The notes beneath the pieces are model-generated. The model was not told the DNA's origin and searched no databases. It saw only the letters and a program-made list of their open reading frames with translations. A stretch of DNA of 64,000 bases from an uncultured virus (IMG/VR IMGVR_UViG_3300037993_000804) (lineage: Duplodnaviria; Heunggongvirae; Uroviricota; Caudoviricetes), in IMG/VR virus record IMGVR_UViG_3300037993_000804, one strand, 5' to 3'. Shown piece after piece: positions 11,669 through 20,567 of this stretch. The position numbers were made by a program, and so were the translations under genes. Position 1 is the first letter of the stretch. Every line of letters starts with the position of its first letter.

Positions 11669-12162
11669 TGAAAACGTCATCCCACGCTATTTTCTCGGCG
11701 GATCGCAAGTATCGGTACCGACTGACTCGCTGGTGGTATGATGGCGGCCCTATACTGTGTTTCTGCCTGCTCAATGCCTCCAACGCCAACGAGAACAGGA
11801 ACGATCCCACAGTACACCGCTGTATCGGTTTCGGCCACTGCCCCAGAAAGGGTGTAACGGTTCCGGCGCCAACCACCCCGGAGCAAACGGTCGTGGAGAC
11901 CGTGAAACGAAAGAGCATAGATAACGCCGATGTCAAGAACGTCTTCGGCGGCCTGAAAGAACGGCGCGGCTACAACAGTCCCAAGGCGGGGGCCGAGGCC
12001 GTAGCGGTCCGCTGGATGCTGAAACAGGGTTATTCCGTGCCCGACATCCTGTGGACCTACGACGCCATGAAGCAACTCGCCTGGTGGAAAGATAAGTTCC
12101 TGAACATGCAATCGGTCAAGCAGCAGATCGGGGAAATGCTCAAAAAGAGGATAAAATCATGA
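11668..12162 (+). CDS. Chimeric ORF: DUF1643-like N-terminal fragment fused to an unrelated helical domain
   Basis: AIFSADRKYRYRLTRWW...LNASNA...DPTVHRCIGF, then an abrupt change. Confidence 0.55.
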   Translation: MKTSSHAIFSADRKYRYRLTRWWYDGGPILCFCLLNASNANENRNDPTVHRCIGFGHCPRKGVTVPAPTTPEQTVVETVKRKSIDNADVKNVFGGLKERRGYNSPKAGAEAVAVRWMLKQGYSVPDILWTYDAMKQLAWWKDKFLNMQSVKQQIGEMLKKRIKS

Positions 12163-12713
12163 AAGTTTCGGATGAAGTCAAGGCCAAGATCATCGCGGCG
12201 TACCAGAATAACGACAAGGTTCAGGCAATCATGCGGGAATACAAAATCGAGGGCGCCGTTTTCTACGCCATCTTGAAGGAGGCCCACGTACCCTATCGCC
12301 GGGCCTCCCATGGTGTGGCCAATGTCAAGCCAAAGTCGAAGGCGACGGGCGATCATGCCCCGGCAACGGCAGCGCCTTCACCGGTCCCGGTGGATCAAAC
12401 GCGGCGCGAAAGGTGGGAATTTTCCCCGCTGGCGCTGGCCCGCGATGAGATTACCTACTTCCGGGGCCAGATGAATGAAAAGATTAAACGGTACGGGCCG
12501 AACAGCGTCGAAGACTCCTGGGGCGAAACCTGGATGGAGTACGTTGACCACCTTGAGGAGCGACTGGAGCTCTGGGTAGTCACCCTGGCGGCGGCGGAAC
12601 CGTTCGATGTGCAGATGGGAAACATCATGGCGATTGATGCTTTTCTCATCGCCATCCGGGGCATTCACAGTCTCTTGCCGAATGCTAAAACCGGACCGAA
12701 GAAAGAGGGCTGA
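12159..12713 (+). CDS. Hypothetical protein with N-terminal HTH-like segment
   Basis: IIAAYQ...VQAIMREYKI...FYAILK. Confidence 0.55.
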   Translation: MKVSDEVKAKIIAAYQNNDKVQAIMREYKIEGAVFYAILKEAHVPYRRASHGVANVKPKSKATGDHAPATAAPSPVPVDQTRRERWEFSPLALARDEITYFRGQMNEKIKRYGPNSVEDSWGETWMEYVDHLEERLELWVVTLAAAEPFDVQMGNIMAIDAFLIAIRGIHSLLPNAKTGPKKEG

Positions 12714-12728
12714 AGGGTGGGAATTAAC

Positions 12729-12765
12729 AAAAAGGCCCCGGGATTATCCGGGGCCTTTTCTTTTT
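12729..12765. terminator. Bidirectional intrinsic terminator
   Basis: AAAAAGGCCCCGG-gatta-TCCGGGGCCTTTTCTTTTT between convergent gene blocks. Confidence 0.9.
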
Positions 12766-12886
12766 ACTTTCGATGCGGGTGGCGGTGATGGTGATGGTGA
12801 TGGATCGGGGTCGAGGGAACAATCCGAAATCTCAGGGTTGTCACCGTCGCCTTCCGATGGTCATGCCGGTGTTCTTCTTCCGCCAT
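12764..12886 (-). CDS. 40-aa His-rich peptide (not in ORF track)
   Basis: GGAGG RBS; MAEEEHRHDHRKATVTTLRFRIVPSTPIHHHHHHRHPHRK; ends at the terminator. Confidence 0.65.
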   Translation of the reverse strand: MAEEEHRHDHRKATVTTLRFRIVPSTPIHHHHHHRHPHRK

Positions 12887-12897
12887 GTGACCTCCCT

Positions 12898-13203
12898 TTA
12901 CTGGATGGTGAATTGCAGTGTGGTAACCGTAACAGGGATAGTGAACGCTTCAACTTCCGGACCCGAGTCCGATCCCTGTTCAGTCGCGGTACCGGCGAAA
13001 TTCGAATCTCCGGTATAGTTACCGACCGGTAGCGGGCTGGGCGTGGGCGCTGAAGACGAGTAGTTACCGTTCGAATCGGTAACAGCCGTCAGCTGCGGGC
13101 CGGCTGAACCGTCCGGATTGGTTACCTGGGTGACTACTGTTACCCCGACAACCGGATTTCCCGACACCTTTTCTGTTACAGTCCCCTGTGCTAGGAATTG
13201 CAT
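12898..13203 (-). CDS. Small Ig-like beta-sandwich protein
   Basis: GTVTEKVSGNPVVGVTV...TDSNGNYS...GNY pattern. Confidence 0.65.
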   Translation of the reverse strand: MQFLAQGTVTEKVSGNPVVGVTVVTQVTNPDGSAGPQLTAVTDSNGNYSSSAPTPSPLPVGNYTGDSNFAGTATEQGSDSGPEVEAFTIPVTVTTLQFTIQ

Positions 13204-13316
13204 CTTGGTTCCCCCCTTTTTATATTAGCCGTTTAAGGCTTCGGCTTTATCCTAAATGATTTGGCGGTGTTAGTCAAGCACTTTTCATGTGGAATGGTTT
13301 CCATACCACCCAATAT

Positions 13317-13406
13317 CGGTTCACCCCCACATACATGGGGAATACGCACGGGTACGCTTCCCGGTCATGGTTGATCTCGGTTCACCCCCACATACATGGG
13401 GAATAC
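13317..13406 (-). CRISPR. Cas-less type I-E-like mini-array (2 identical 29-nt repeats, one 32-nt spacer)
   Basis: Repeats at 13317-13345 and 13378-13406 read GTATTCCCCATGTATGTGGGGGTGAACCG on the - strand. Confidence 0.9.
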
Positions 13407-13472
13407 GACGTTGAGAACATAAGCGTACGATTCTACCGGCCACCAGCTTTTCCATAATACCGCCTCCGTACT

Positions 13473-13937
13473 TTATTCTCCGAAATGTTCACCCACGTCA
13501 ATCAGGTCCAGTACACTGATTGTACCATTATCCGCGATGTCTTCGGGGATCCAACCCGGGGTGCCGGTTTCGCCGACAGCCTGGGCGACGAGAATCAGAT
13601 CCAGCACATTCACCGGCGCGAAGTCCTGGGCGACATCGCCCTCCTGGTAAACGTTTATGGACAGGGCTTTCGTGGCCGTCTGGGGCGTAGGCTCGGCATC
13701 CGTAACGGTCACCGTGAAGTCATACACGCCGGGCGAGCCGGTGGGCGTGCCCGTGATCGTGCCCTGGGTGTTCAGCGTTAAGCCCGGCGGCAATTCCGAG
13801 TAAGTCGTCGGGATGACGGCCGTGGTCGTCGTGGTAGAACTGGTCGCTGCCGCGTTCTTCTCTTTCCGGGGCGGCCCGCAGGCCAGCACCGACAGGAGCA
13901 TGGCGATCAGCATTACGAACAGCAATATTCGCTTCAT
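13473..13937 (-). CDS. Lipoprotein with putative Ig (He_PIG-like) and dockerin-like domains
   Basis: Lipobox VLAC; LPPGLTLN..GTITGTPT; two GD..VNVLDL / DIADNGTISVLDL repeats. Confidence 0.8.
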   Translation of the reverse strand: MKRILLFVMLIAMLLSVLACGPPRKEKNAAATSSTTTTTAVIPTTYSELPPGLTLNTQGTITGTPTGSPGVYDFTVTVTDAEPTPQTATKALSINVYQEGDVAQDFAPVNVLDLILVAQAVGETGTPGWIPEDIADNGTISVLDLIDVGEHFGE

Positions 13938-13952
13938 CGATGCCCTCCCGCG

Positions 13953-14561
13953 TCAGGTTGCGCCGAAGTTCTGGCCGATCAAAATCAGGTCCAGCACGGT
14001 GATGACGCCCGCTTTCAGGAAATCTTCGGGGATCCAACCGGGTGTGCCGGTCTGGCCGAAGAAGCCGGCGCAGATGACCATATCAGCGGCGTTGACCGTA
14101 CCGTCCAAGTTTAAGTCCCAGACTGAGGCAACCTCCGCTTGGTTTATAGTTGGAGATGATAAAGGGACGGCCACCCCGGCAGGTGTCCCCACGATTGCAT
14201 TACTGATGGTGAATGCTGAGGTTGTTCCTGCGGTAAGCGCCGTGCAGGTGATGACGGCCAGTGATCCGGGAGCGGTGACACTTTCGCCCGCGCCCTCCAT
14301 GGCATCGGCCACGTTGACCAGCGTACCGTTCGTATTGTTGATCGTGCCCGGCATGAAATAGGTATTGGGGTCCGTCGCCTTGAAGATCGTGCCCTCGGCA
14401 ACGCTATTCACCTGGACGGCGGCCGGGTTCCATCCGAGGTTGAACTGGGCGCCGGCGATGGAAACTCCCGTACCCGGCGTAATGGCGACGGTGACCGTGA
14501 ACTGTTGCCCCGCGGTGACTACCGGGGCGGATGGGGTGACTGTCATGACTGTTTCGCTCAT
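13953..14561 (-). CDS. Cohesin-like plus dockerin-like protein
   Basis: GQQFTVTV..IAGAQFNLGWNP...V.SVAEG (cohesin); WDLNLDGTVNAADM (dockerin); ATG 14561 after GGAGG. Confidence 0.8.
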   Translation of the reverse strand: MSETVMTVTPSAPVVTAGQQFTVTVAITPGTGVSIAGAQFNLGWNPAAVQVNSVAEGTIFKATDPNTYFMPGTINNTNGTLVNVADAMEGAGESVTAPGSLAVITCTALTAGTTSAFTISNAIVGTPAGVAVPLSSPTINQAEVASVWDLNLDGTVNAADMVICAGFFGQTGTPGWIPEDFLKAGVITVLDLILIGQNFGAT

Positions 14562-14646
14562 TGTCTTTACCTCCCTTATACTCCCTATTATTATAACCGA
14601 CATGAGAACAAACCATACGAGCACGCCACAAATGGCGAGAAGGACT

Positions 14647-15042
14647 TTATGTTGTGACACTTGGCACCTCCGTAATCGGGTGTTTTATACGCGGGGAAAA
14701 TATGAACGGACTTTCCGCGATCTTGAGAAAACCCTGCTGCATGAAGAAAGATAGCTGTGTCCGGTTTTTGGCATCGCAATAGTCCATGATGTGCACGACA
14801 TGATTCTTGGCGGTTTGCAGACTACAACCGCATTCATTTGCGATTACCCGGTTGGTGGCCCCTCGGAGCAGCAGGTCCAAGATTTGCATTTCCCGCTTGG
14901 TGAGTACAACGACCCAGCCTTCGGTCTGAATGCCGTCGGGCGTCCATTTCCCGTATTTAGCCTTCTTCACCGGCGCCACCTCCGCAGTAACCTTTTCCAC
15001 CGCTGGCAGCGCAAAAATCCGCGGACACGGCGGCGGTTCCAT
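14647..15042 (-). CDS. LuxR-type HTH transcription regulator
   Basis: LTKREMQILDLLLRGATNRVIANECGCSLQTAKNHVVHI; start uncertain. Confidence 0.85.
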   Translation of the reverse strand: MEPPPCPRIFALPAVEKVTAEVAPVKKAKYGKWTPDGIQTEGWVVVLTKREMQILDLLLRGATNRVIANECGCSLQTAKNHVVHIMDYCDAKNRTQLSFFMQQGFLKIAESPFIFSPRIKHPITEVPSVTT

Positions 15043-15161
15043 TTATCCCAACCCGGCGAAGAGTAGAAATGATCCACGGATGCTCCAAAAACAAAGAGAA
15101 CCGGCGACGAAACCGGTCCTCTTTGTGCAAGCGTAATGTGTGACAGACAGCCCCCAGGCTG

Positions 15162-15392
15162 TTATTCAGCCATTTTGGCTGACCAGTTGCGAGCCCACTT
15201 GTTCGCATCTGGCGCATGGTAATTGGCAGCCTGGACACCCGATTGATAGTTGGCAGTTCTCGTGGGGCCGAACCCGGCGCCCTGATAACCTGCAACCATC
15301 CGGCCTTTCGCAGCGTTATAGCTGGCGGCCATCTGGGTGGCCTTTCTGGCCAACTTTGCTTGACCCTTCGCAGCAGCATCAGCAATCGCCAT
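15162..15392 (-). CDS. Small basic Ala-rich protein (possible nucleoprotein)
   Basis: 76 aa, GAGG RBS, Ala/Lys/Arg rich and helical. Confidence 0.6.
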   Translation of the reverse strand: MAIADAAAKGQAKLARKATQMAASYNAAKGRMVAGYQGAGFGPTRTANYQSGVQAANYHAPDANKWARNWSAKMAE

Positions 15393-15508
15393 AATAAGCC
15401 TCCTCTCAAGATTTGGGTACTGTCTTCAGCATAGATCATGTTCTTTTACCTGTAAAGCCGCCAGGCGCGTCTACGGGGTGGGTGGGGGGACTTGACACCG
15501 CCGGAAAA

Positions 15509-15775
15509 CTATGCTTCAGGCTTAACCTCCCCTCTTTCATGACCGAAAGAGCGCATATACTTCTCGCAATCCCGGAGGTACTGCGGGAGAAACTTGTTCG
15601 AGGCGGCCGTGAGATTTTCCTGGTCGCCGGCATAACGGGCCATACCTTCCGCGCAACCGACCGCCCAGTCCATGGCCAGGTCGATGATCCCGGGTTTATA
15701 TCCCAGTGCGTTGAGCTCTTTCTTGCGCCGGGCGATGAGACTGTTTCTAACCTTCTGCGGGTCCTGGGTTGCCAT
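15509..15775 (-). CDS. Hypothetical helical protein, paralogous to the C-terminus of 48411-49067
   Basis: GY....D.A..W......GMA shared pattern. Confidence 0.65.
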   Translation of the reverse strand: MATQDPQKVRNSLIARRKKELNALGYKPGIIDLAMDWAVGCAEGMARYAGDQENLTAASNKFLPQYLRDCEKYMRSFGHERGEVKPEA

Positions 15776-16631
15776 TCATCTCCTTGACCATGCGGGCCTC
15801 CGCGCGGGCAAACACGTCATCCAGCGTTTCCCGACTCGGGGCCACGTGGGTTGTCAGCCGGGTAATCCATTGCTGCTCGGAAATTTTACCGTTTCCGTAA
15901 TCCGTCGCCCATTGCTGCACCTTGGGATCGCCGATTTCTGCGGCCACGGCGTTGGCAAATGCTACCTCGGCGGGCTGGGGCTTCGCTTTCGGGGTGGTGT
16001 CTCGTTTCGCCCTTTTGGCCGGAACGGGCTTCTCTGGCCGTTCTGGGCCTTCTGCCGAGCCGTTAGCGGCCGGCGGCAGTTGCTTCGGCTGACTGGCTGC
16101 CCGTCTGCGGCCCGCGGCCGGTGATTTCGGCGCAGTCGCTTCCTGCACGGTCTTGATGCGGTTCTCCAGATCTCCCGCCCACTTGCCGAGCTGCTCGAGG
16201 TCTTCCACCTGTCCGCCGCCCTGCGCCAGCCGGATCAGGGAATTGGATCCCCGCAAATCCCGCAGCGCCATACGGAAAACATCGGAGACGTTCGCCATGG
16301 AGCTCGGTCCGGAGCGCCAGGCCGGCTCGGCGGCGTTGACCTTGGCCAGTATCTCGCGGCTCTTCTGCACCACGGACGGGGCCGCGGCCGACTTCTTTTC
16401 CCGGGCGTCTTCCAGCGTCGCGGTCAGCATATTGTAGACGGCCTCGAAGGTTTCCGTGGGGGTCTCGCCGAATTTGGGACGGCCGCCCACCAGGGCGTCG
16501 TTCATCTCGCCCAGCATCTGGTCGCCGCTCCGGATCGTGGTCGAGACGGTCGAAACTCCACTCTTGAAAACCTCGAGGGCGCGCTGGGTCACTTCCATAA
16601 ATACTTCATCGGGTCTGCGATCGAATACCAT
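15747..16631 (-). CDS. Hypothetical protein
   Basis: 294-aa ORF with GGAGG RBS, in operon. Confidence 0.7.
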   Translation of the reverse strand: MVFDRRPDEVFMEVTQRALEVFKSGVSTVSTTIRSGDQMLGEMNDALVGGRPKFGETPTETFEAVYNMLTATLEDAREKKSAAAPSVVQKSREILAKVNAAEPAWRSGPSSMANVSDVFRMALRDLRGSNSLIRLAQGGGQVEDLEQLGKWAGDLENRIKTVQEATAPKSPAAGRRRAASQPKQLPPAANGSAEGPERPEKPVPAKRAKRDTTPKAKPQPAEVAFANAVAAEIGDPKVQQWATDYGNGKISEQQWITRLTTHVAPSRETLDDVFARAEARMVKEMNGNPGPAEG

Positions 16632-16642
16632 AACCTACCCTC

Positions 16643-17968
16643 CTATACGCCGAAAGCTTTCTTGCGGATGTCGGCCGAACGGTCCTTGTTGGTGGCCTGC
16701 TGCAGCAGGGTGCCGGCACGGTTTTCCCGGTCCTGGGGCGTACTTTTATTCTCCGGCTGGAAAGAGTCACCGCGGAGGGCGGTGCGCTCGAAAATTCCCA
16801 CCATGCGGTCGACGGTCTTATCCAGGCGGCCGGTCGAGTCTTTGATCAGCTGGACCACGGGGCTGTTATCCGTAACGGCGGTATTGGTGACTCCCAGCGC
16901 CTGGCGCAGACGGGCGATTTCGTTGGGGTCGCCCAGCGGATCACGGGCCGCGATGGCGGCCATATTCGCTTCCATCCGGTCGCGCCACTCCTGTTCCCTG
17001 TCTGCCTGTAACTGCTGGATCTGCGCTGCGAGTTGCTGGTTGCTCTGGAGCAGGGCCTGATAAGCGGGATTACCGTTCAGGTCGTCGTCATGGCTCTTGT
17101 CGAACATCTTGTCGATCAGCTTCTCCATGAGTTTCTCCTGGAAGTTCATCGCCGGTTTCGCCGCCCTGCCGGGCGTTTTGGGTTCACCGCCGGTCTCGCT
17201 TTCTTCTTCCGTTTCGGCCTTCTGGCCGCGTTCCACGGCCTTGATGTAATTGGCTCTTTGCGCCGCTTCCAGGGCATCAGCATAAGTCATCGGACCGCCG
17301 GCAACGGGCACCCAGTCGCCATCCCGGTCTTTGCCGATCCTGTATCCCACGCCGGTCGCATCATCCAGTTTCTGTCCGATAGATTTCCCGTCGGTTTGTC
17401 CCGGCTTCTTGGCGCCCTTGCCGGCGCCGAGGTCTTCATCGTCTAACTCGAACTCCCCGGCCGGCAGGTTATGACTCTTGGCATAAGCGGCCATGACCAG
17501 ACGGAGCTCTTTGGCGGCGATGAATCCCGACGCGTGCCGGGTGAGCACCTCTTTCAGCCACGCCAGGCTGTCGGTATCGCCATCGAAAAAGAGTTTGCTG
17601 ATGGTTGGTACGACGTTCTTGTCCACGCCCACGCTCTTGAGCAGACTTTCGAAGTCGGCCTTGGCGGTGGCCTTCAGGTCGGACGATTTCCCGCCTTTGT
17701 CTTTGATGGCCTCATCGCCCTCCGGGGCGTCCGGTTCGATTACGTCCTGTATGCCCAGGGCCACCTTCAACTGGTCTTCGGTCACCCCGTCAATGAGCTT
17801 GAAACGGCCATCTTCCAGTTTCTCGGCCACGCCTTTCTTGACGAGTTCGAGACAAGAGTTGTGGATGCTTTTCTTGGTGGCATTGATCTTGGGCTTGAAG
17901 TCATTCGGCAGCATCGGTGTATTCTGGTTGGCCTTGAGCATGTCTACCACGGTCATTGCGATGGTCAT
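16643..17968 (-). CDS. Hypothetical protein with wHTH-like N-terminus and coiled coil
   Basis: ATG 17968 overlaps the upstream TGA; IHNSCLELVKKGVAEK..GRFKL. Confidence 0.7.
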   Translation of the reverse strand: MTIAMTVVDMLKANQNTPMLPNDFKPKINATKKSIHNSCLELVKKGVAEKLEDGRFKLIDGVTEDQLKVALGIQDVIEPDAPEGDEAIKDKGGKSSDLKATAKADFESLLKSVGVDKNVVPTISKLFFDGDTDSLAWLKEVLTRHASGFIAAKELRLVMAAYAKSHNLPAGEFELDDEDLGAGKGAKKPGQTDGKSIGQKLDDATGVGYRIGKDRDGDWVPVAGGPMTYADALEAAQRANYIKAVERGQKAETEEESETGGEPKTPGRAAKPAMNFQEKLMEKLIDKMFDKSHDDDLNGNPAYQALLQSNQQLAAQIQQLQADREQEWRDRMEANMAAIAARDPLGDPNEIARLRQALGVTNTAVTDNSPVVQLIKDSTGRLDKTVDRMVGIFERTALRGDSFQPENKSTPQDRENRAGTLLQQATNKDRSADIRKKAFGV

Positions 17969-18261
17969 GATGGTTTCACCTCCCGTTTGGATTCTTCGAC
18001 GGCTAACTGCTGATGCTGGGTATAGGCCAGGTTGAAACAATAGATGAAGAGCGCGGTGAAGGTGTTTTCCTTAATATAGCCGCGGTCATAAAGATAGTCC
18101 TGGAACGCCTTCAGCCGTTCGACTTCATTATCCGAGATCTTCAAGGCCCGGATGTTATTGACGTCTTTCCGTTCGACCTTGAGCGGGAGAATCACCTCAT
18201 CGTCGTTCAGCGCCAATACCTGCGCTAGTAAATTGGGGTCGATTTGCTGTGCTTCTGCCAT
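17965..18261 (-). CDS. Small hypothetical protein (possible RHH fold)
   Basis: ORF coupled to dxs and to the downstream gene. Confidence 0.6.
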   Translation of the reverse strand: MAEAQQIDPNLLAQVLALNDDEVILPLKVERKDVNNIRALKISDNEVERLKAFQDYLYDRGYIKENTFTALFIYCFNLAYTQHQQLAVEESKREVKPS

Positions 18262-20169
18262 TTAGCTACCCTCCGTTAATCGTTTAATCCGGTCGATGAT
18301 ATCTTCCGGGTCAAGACCGTACTGTTTTCTGAGCTCGGAAATTTCCGCATGGTCCGGGAAACAATCGCCCACGTTGATGCGGTACACATCCGGGCCGACG
18401 CCGGAATAGTCCGACATGGCCTCCATCAGCGCCGATGCCGCGCCGCCCTGCGCGGTGCCTTCTTCGACGACGAACACCGAGCCCGCCTGCTTACAAAGCG
18501 CGGCCACCAGGTCGGGGTCAACCGGCTTTACAAACCGCATGTCCACGACTTCCCAATTCAGACTCGGCAGCCTGGGGTCGCAGATGGCATGGGCCAACCG
18601 GTCGCCGATTTCACCCACGGTCACCACGTAAATCCCGCCGCCCTGTTTGAGCATATCCGACTTGGGAATGTCGATTATCCGCAGGTCATGGTCGATATCC
18701 ACGCCCAGTGACTCGCCGCGGGGAAAACGCAGGCAAAACGGATGATCTTGCTTGAGTCCGGTATAGAGCAGCCGGCACATTTGGTTCTCGTCGCGGGGTA
18801 CGCTCACAATCATGTTGGGCGCCAGGCGCATGAACGCCAGGTCCAGCAGTCCGTGATGGGTGGCGCCATCCTGGCCGACAAACCCGGCCCGGTCCATGGC
18901 GAAGACCACCGGCAGGTCATTGAGGCAAACGTCGTGCACGATCTGGTCGAAGCATCGCTGCATGAACGTCGAGTAAATGCAGACTACCGGCCGCATCCCG
19001 CAGCGGGCCATGCCGGCAGCCAGCGAAACGGCGTGTTCTTCCGCGATCCCCACGTCCAGCACACGTCCGGGAAATCTCTCTTTGAGTGAGGTCAGACCGG
19101 TCCCCTCGAGCATCGCGGCGCTGATCGCCACGATCCGGTCGTCGGCCGCCATCAGGTCGCCAAGGCACTGGGAGAAGATGGCCGAATAGGTGGGCCGGGG
19201 CTCGCTAACCTGGCAGGTGAGGTCGAGGGCATATTTTTTACCGGGCTGGTGATAGGCCACGGGGTCTTCTTTCGAGGGGGCATAACCGCTGCCCTTGTCG
19301 GTCAGTACGTGGACAAAAGGCACGCGATCGCTCTTTTCTTTCGCCCGGGTAAACATTTCGATGAGGTCTCCAATGTTATGGCCGTCCACCGGGCCGAAAT
19401 AATTGAAACCCATTTCATCCCAGACCCGGCCGATGCCCGGCACCGTGCCGCGCTGAATTGTCGACTTCACGCCCTTGCCCAGCGACAGGAAGAAATCGCC
19501 CATCGGGACTTTACCGGCGAGCCGGGTCGTAACTTCCTGGAACGTCTGGAAGTCTTTGTCCAGTTCCAGATTATCCCGCAGGTGGGCCAGCCAGCGGGTC
19601 CGCCAGTCGGCGATCCAGCCGACATTGGGCGAAATGGCCATGCCGTTATCGTTGAGCACGATCATCAGGTTGCGGGGGTTCATGGCCACGATATTGGAGA
19701 GCCCTTCGTAGGCCAGGCCGGTGGTCAGGCTGCCGTCGCCGACCACGCTGACAAAATACCCTTCGTACCCCTGTAACGTGGCGGCCGCCGCCAGTCCCAG
19801 GGCCATCGAGGGCGTACAGCCGGCGTGTCCCATCGTAAAGAGGTCATGCTGAGACTCCCGGCGGTCAAAATAACCGGAGTAGCCGCCGGTAGTACGGATG
19901 CCGGAGAAATTGGCCGCCCGGCCGGTGAGCATCTTGTGGGTGTAGCTCTGGTGCGAGACATCAAACAGAATCCCGTCGCGGGGAGAATCGAAGACATAAT
20001 GCAGGGCGATGGTCAGTTCGACCACCCCCAGGTTAGAGGCCATATGGCCGCCGTTACAGCCCACGGTCGCAATGATCCGGGCGCGGATTTCTTCGGCCAG
20101 CGCCGGCAGGTCTTTGACCGGCAGCGCCTTCAGGTCGTCGGGAGATTCGATCTTCTCAATCAGGGTCAT
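18262..20169 (-). CDS. dxs: 1-deoxy-D-xylulose-5-phosphate synthase
   Basis: GGHMASNLGVVELTIALH, DVSHQSYTHK, GDGSLTTG..YE...NDN (ThDP motif), DVGIAEEHAV, IYSTFMQR, DRAG.VG.DGATHHG. Confidence 0.97.
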   Translation of the reverse strand: MTLIEKIESPDDLKALPVKDLPALAEEIRARIIATVGCNGGHMASNLGVVELTIALHYVFDSPRDGILFDVSHQSYTHKMLTGRAANFSGIRTTGGYSGYFDRRESQHDLFTMGHAGCTPSMALGLAAAATLQGYEGYFVSVVGDGSLTTGLAYEGLSNIVAMNPRNLMIVLNDNGMAISPNVGWIADWRTRWLAHLRDNLELDKDFQTFQEVTTRLAGKVPMGDFFLSLGKGVKSTIQRGTVPGIGRVWDEMGFNYFGPVDGHNIGDLIEMFTRAKEKSDRVPFVHVLTDKGSGYAPSKEDPVAYHQPGKKYALDLTCQVSEPRPTYSAIFSQCLGDLMAADDRIVAISAAMLEGTGLTSLKERFPGRVLDVGIAEEHAVSLAAGMARCGMRPVVCIYSTFMQRCFDQIVHDVCLNDLPVVFAMDRAGFVGQDGATHHGLLDLAFMRLAPNMIVSVPRDENQMCRLLYTGLKQDHPFCLRFPRGESLGVDIDHDLRIIDIPKSDMLKQGGGIYVVTVGEIGDRLAHAICDPRLPSLNWEVVDMRFVKPVDPDLVAALCKQAGSVFVVEEGTAQGGAASALMEAMSDYSGVGPDVYRINVGDCFPDHAEISELRKQYGLDPEDIIDRIKRLTEGS

Positions 20170-20567
20170 ATCAGTTTCCTCACCTGCTCGGAACCGATGC
20201 GCCGCAGCACTTTACGGAAACGCTCCGAATCGACAACCCACTGGCTGCCGGTGTAGCGGATCGCCCGCTTGGCGTATTTCTGAGCGAAGGTATCTTCACC
20301 GTGGCCGCTGAGCGCCCCTTCCACCAGGTCGAGAAAGGTATCTTCGGACATTTCCACTTCGCCGGTGTACTCGGCGTGCTCTGCGGTCGGATTAAACTTG
20401 CCGTTCTTGATCTCGTAAATCAGGGTCGTATCATGCTCGCCGATGATGGTCCATTTTCCCACCCAGCCATCGGACTCTTTCCAGTCTTCTTCGTCGGCCA
20501 CCTCCGCAATCTTGCCCATGAGGTAAGTGACCAGGCGTTTTACGTTAGAATTTTGCTGATCAGCCAT
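20166..20567 (-). CDS. SCP2 (sterol carrier)-like lipid-binding protein
   Basis: LIYEIKNGK...EVEMSEDTFLDLVEG...AIRYTG resembles the SCP2 pattern. Confidence 0.55.
   Translation of the reverse strand: MADQQNSNVKRLVTYLMGKIAEVADEEDWKESDGWVGKWTIIGEHDTTLIYEIKNGKFNPTAEHAEYTGEVEMSEDTFLDLVEGALSGHGEDTFAQKYAKRAIRYTGSQWVVDSERFRKVLRRIGSEQVRKLI

Noticed and set aside
10718..11680. Long antisense ORFs (also 39531-40448, 50920-51900, 60851-61747)
   Set aside because: Shadows of well-supported genes in GC-rich DNA.
13437..13460. Third degenerate I-E repeat (GTATT...GGTGGCCG on - strand)
   Set aside because: Only 24 nt with no hairpin; it also reads as RBS-ATG of a short ORF. Not counted in the array.
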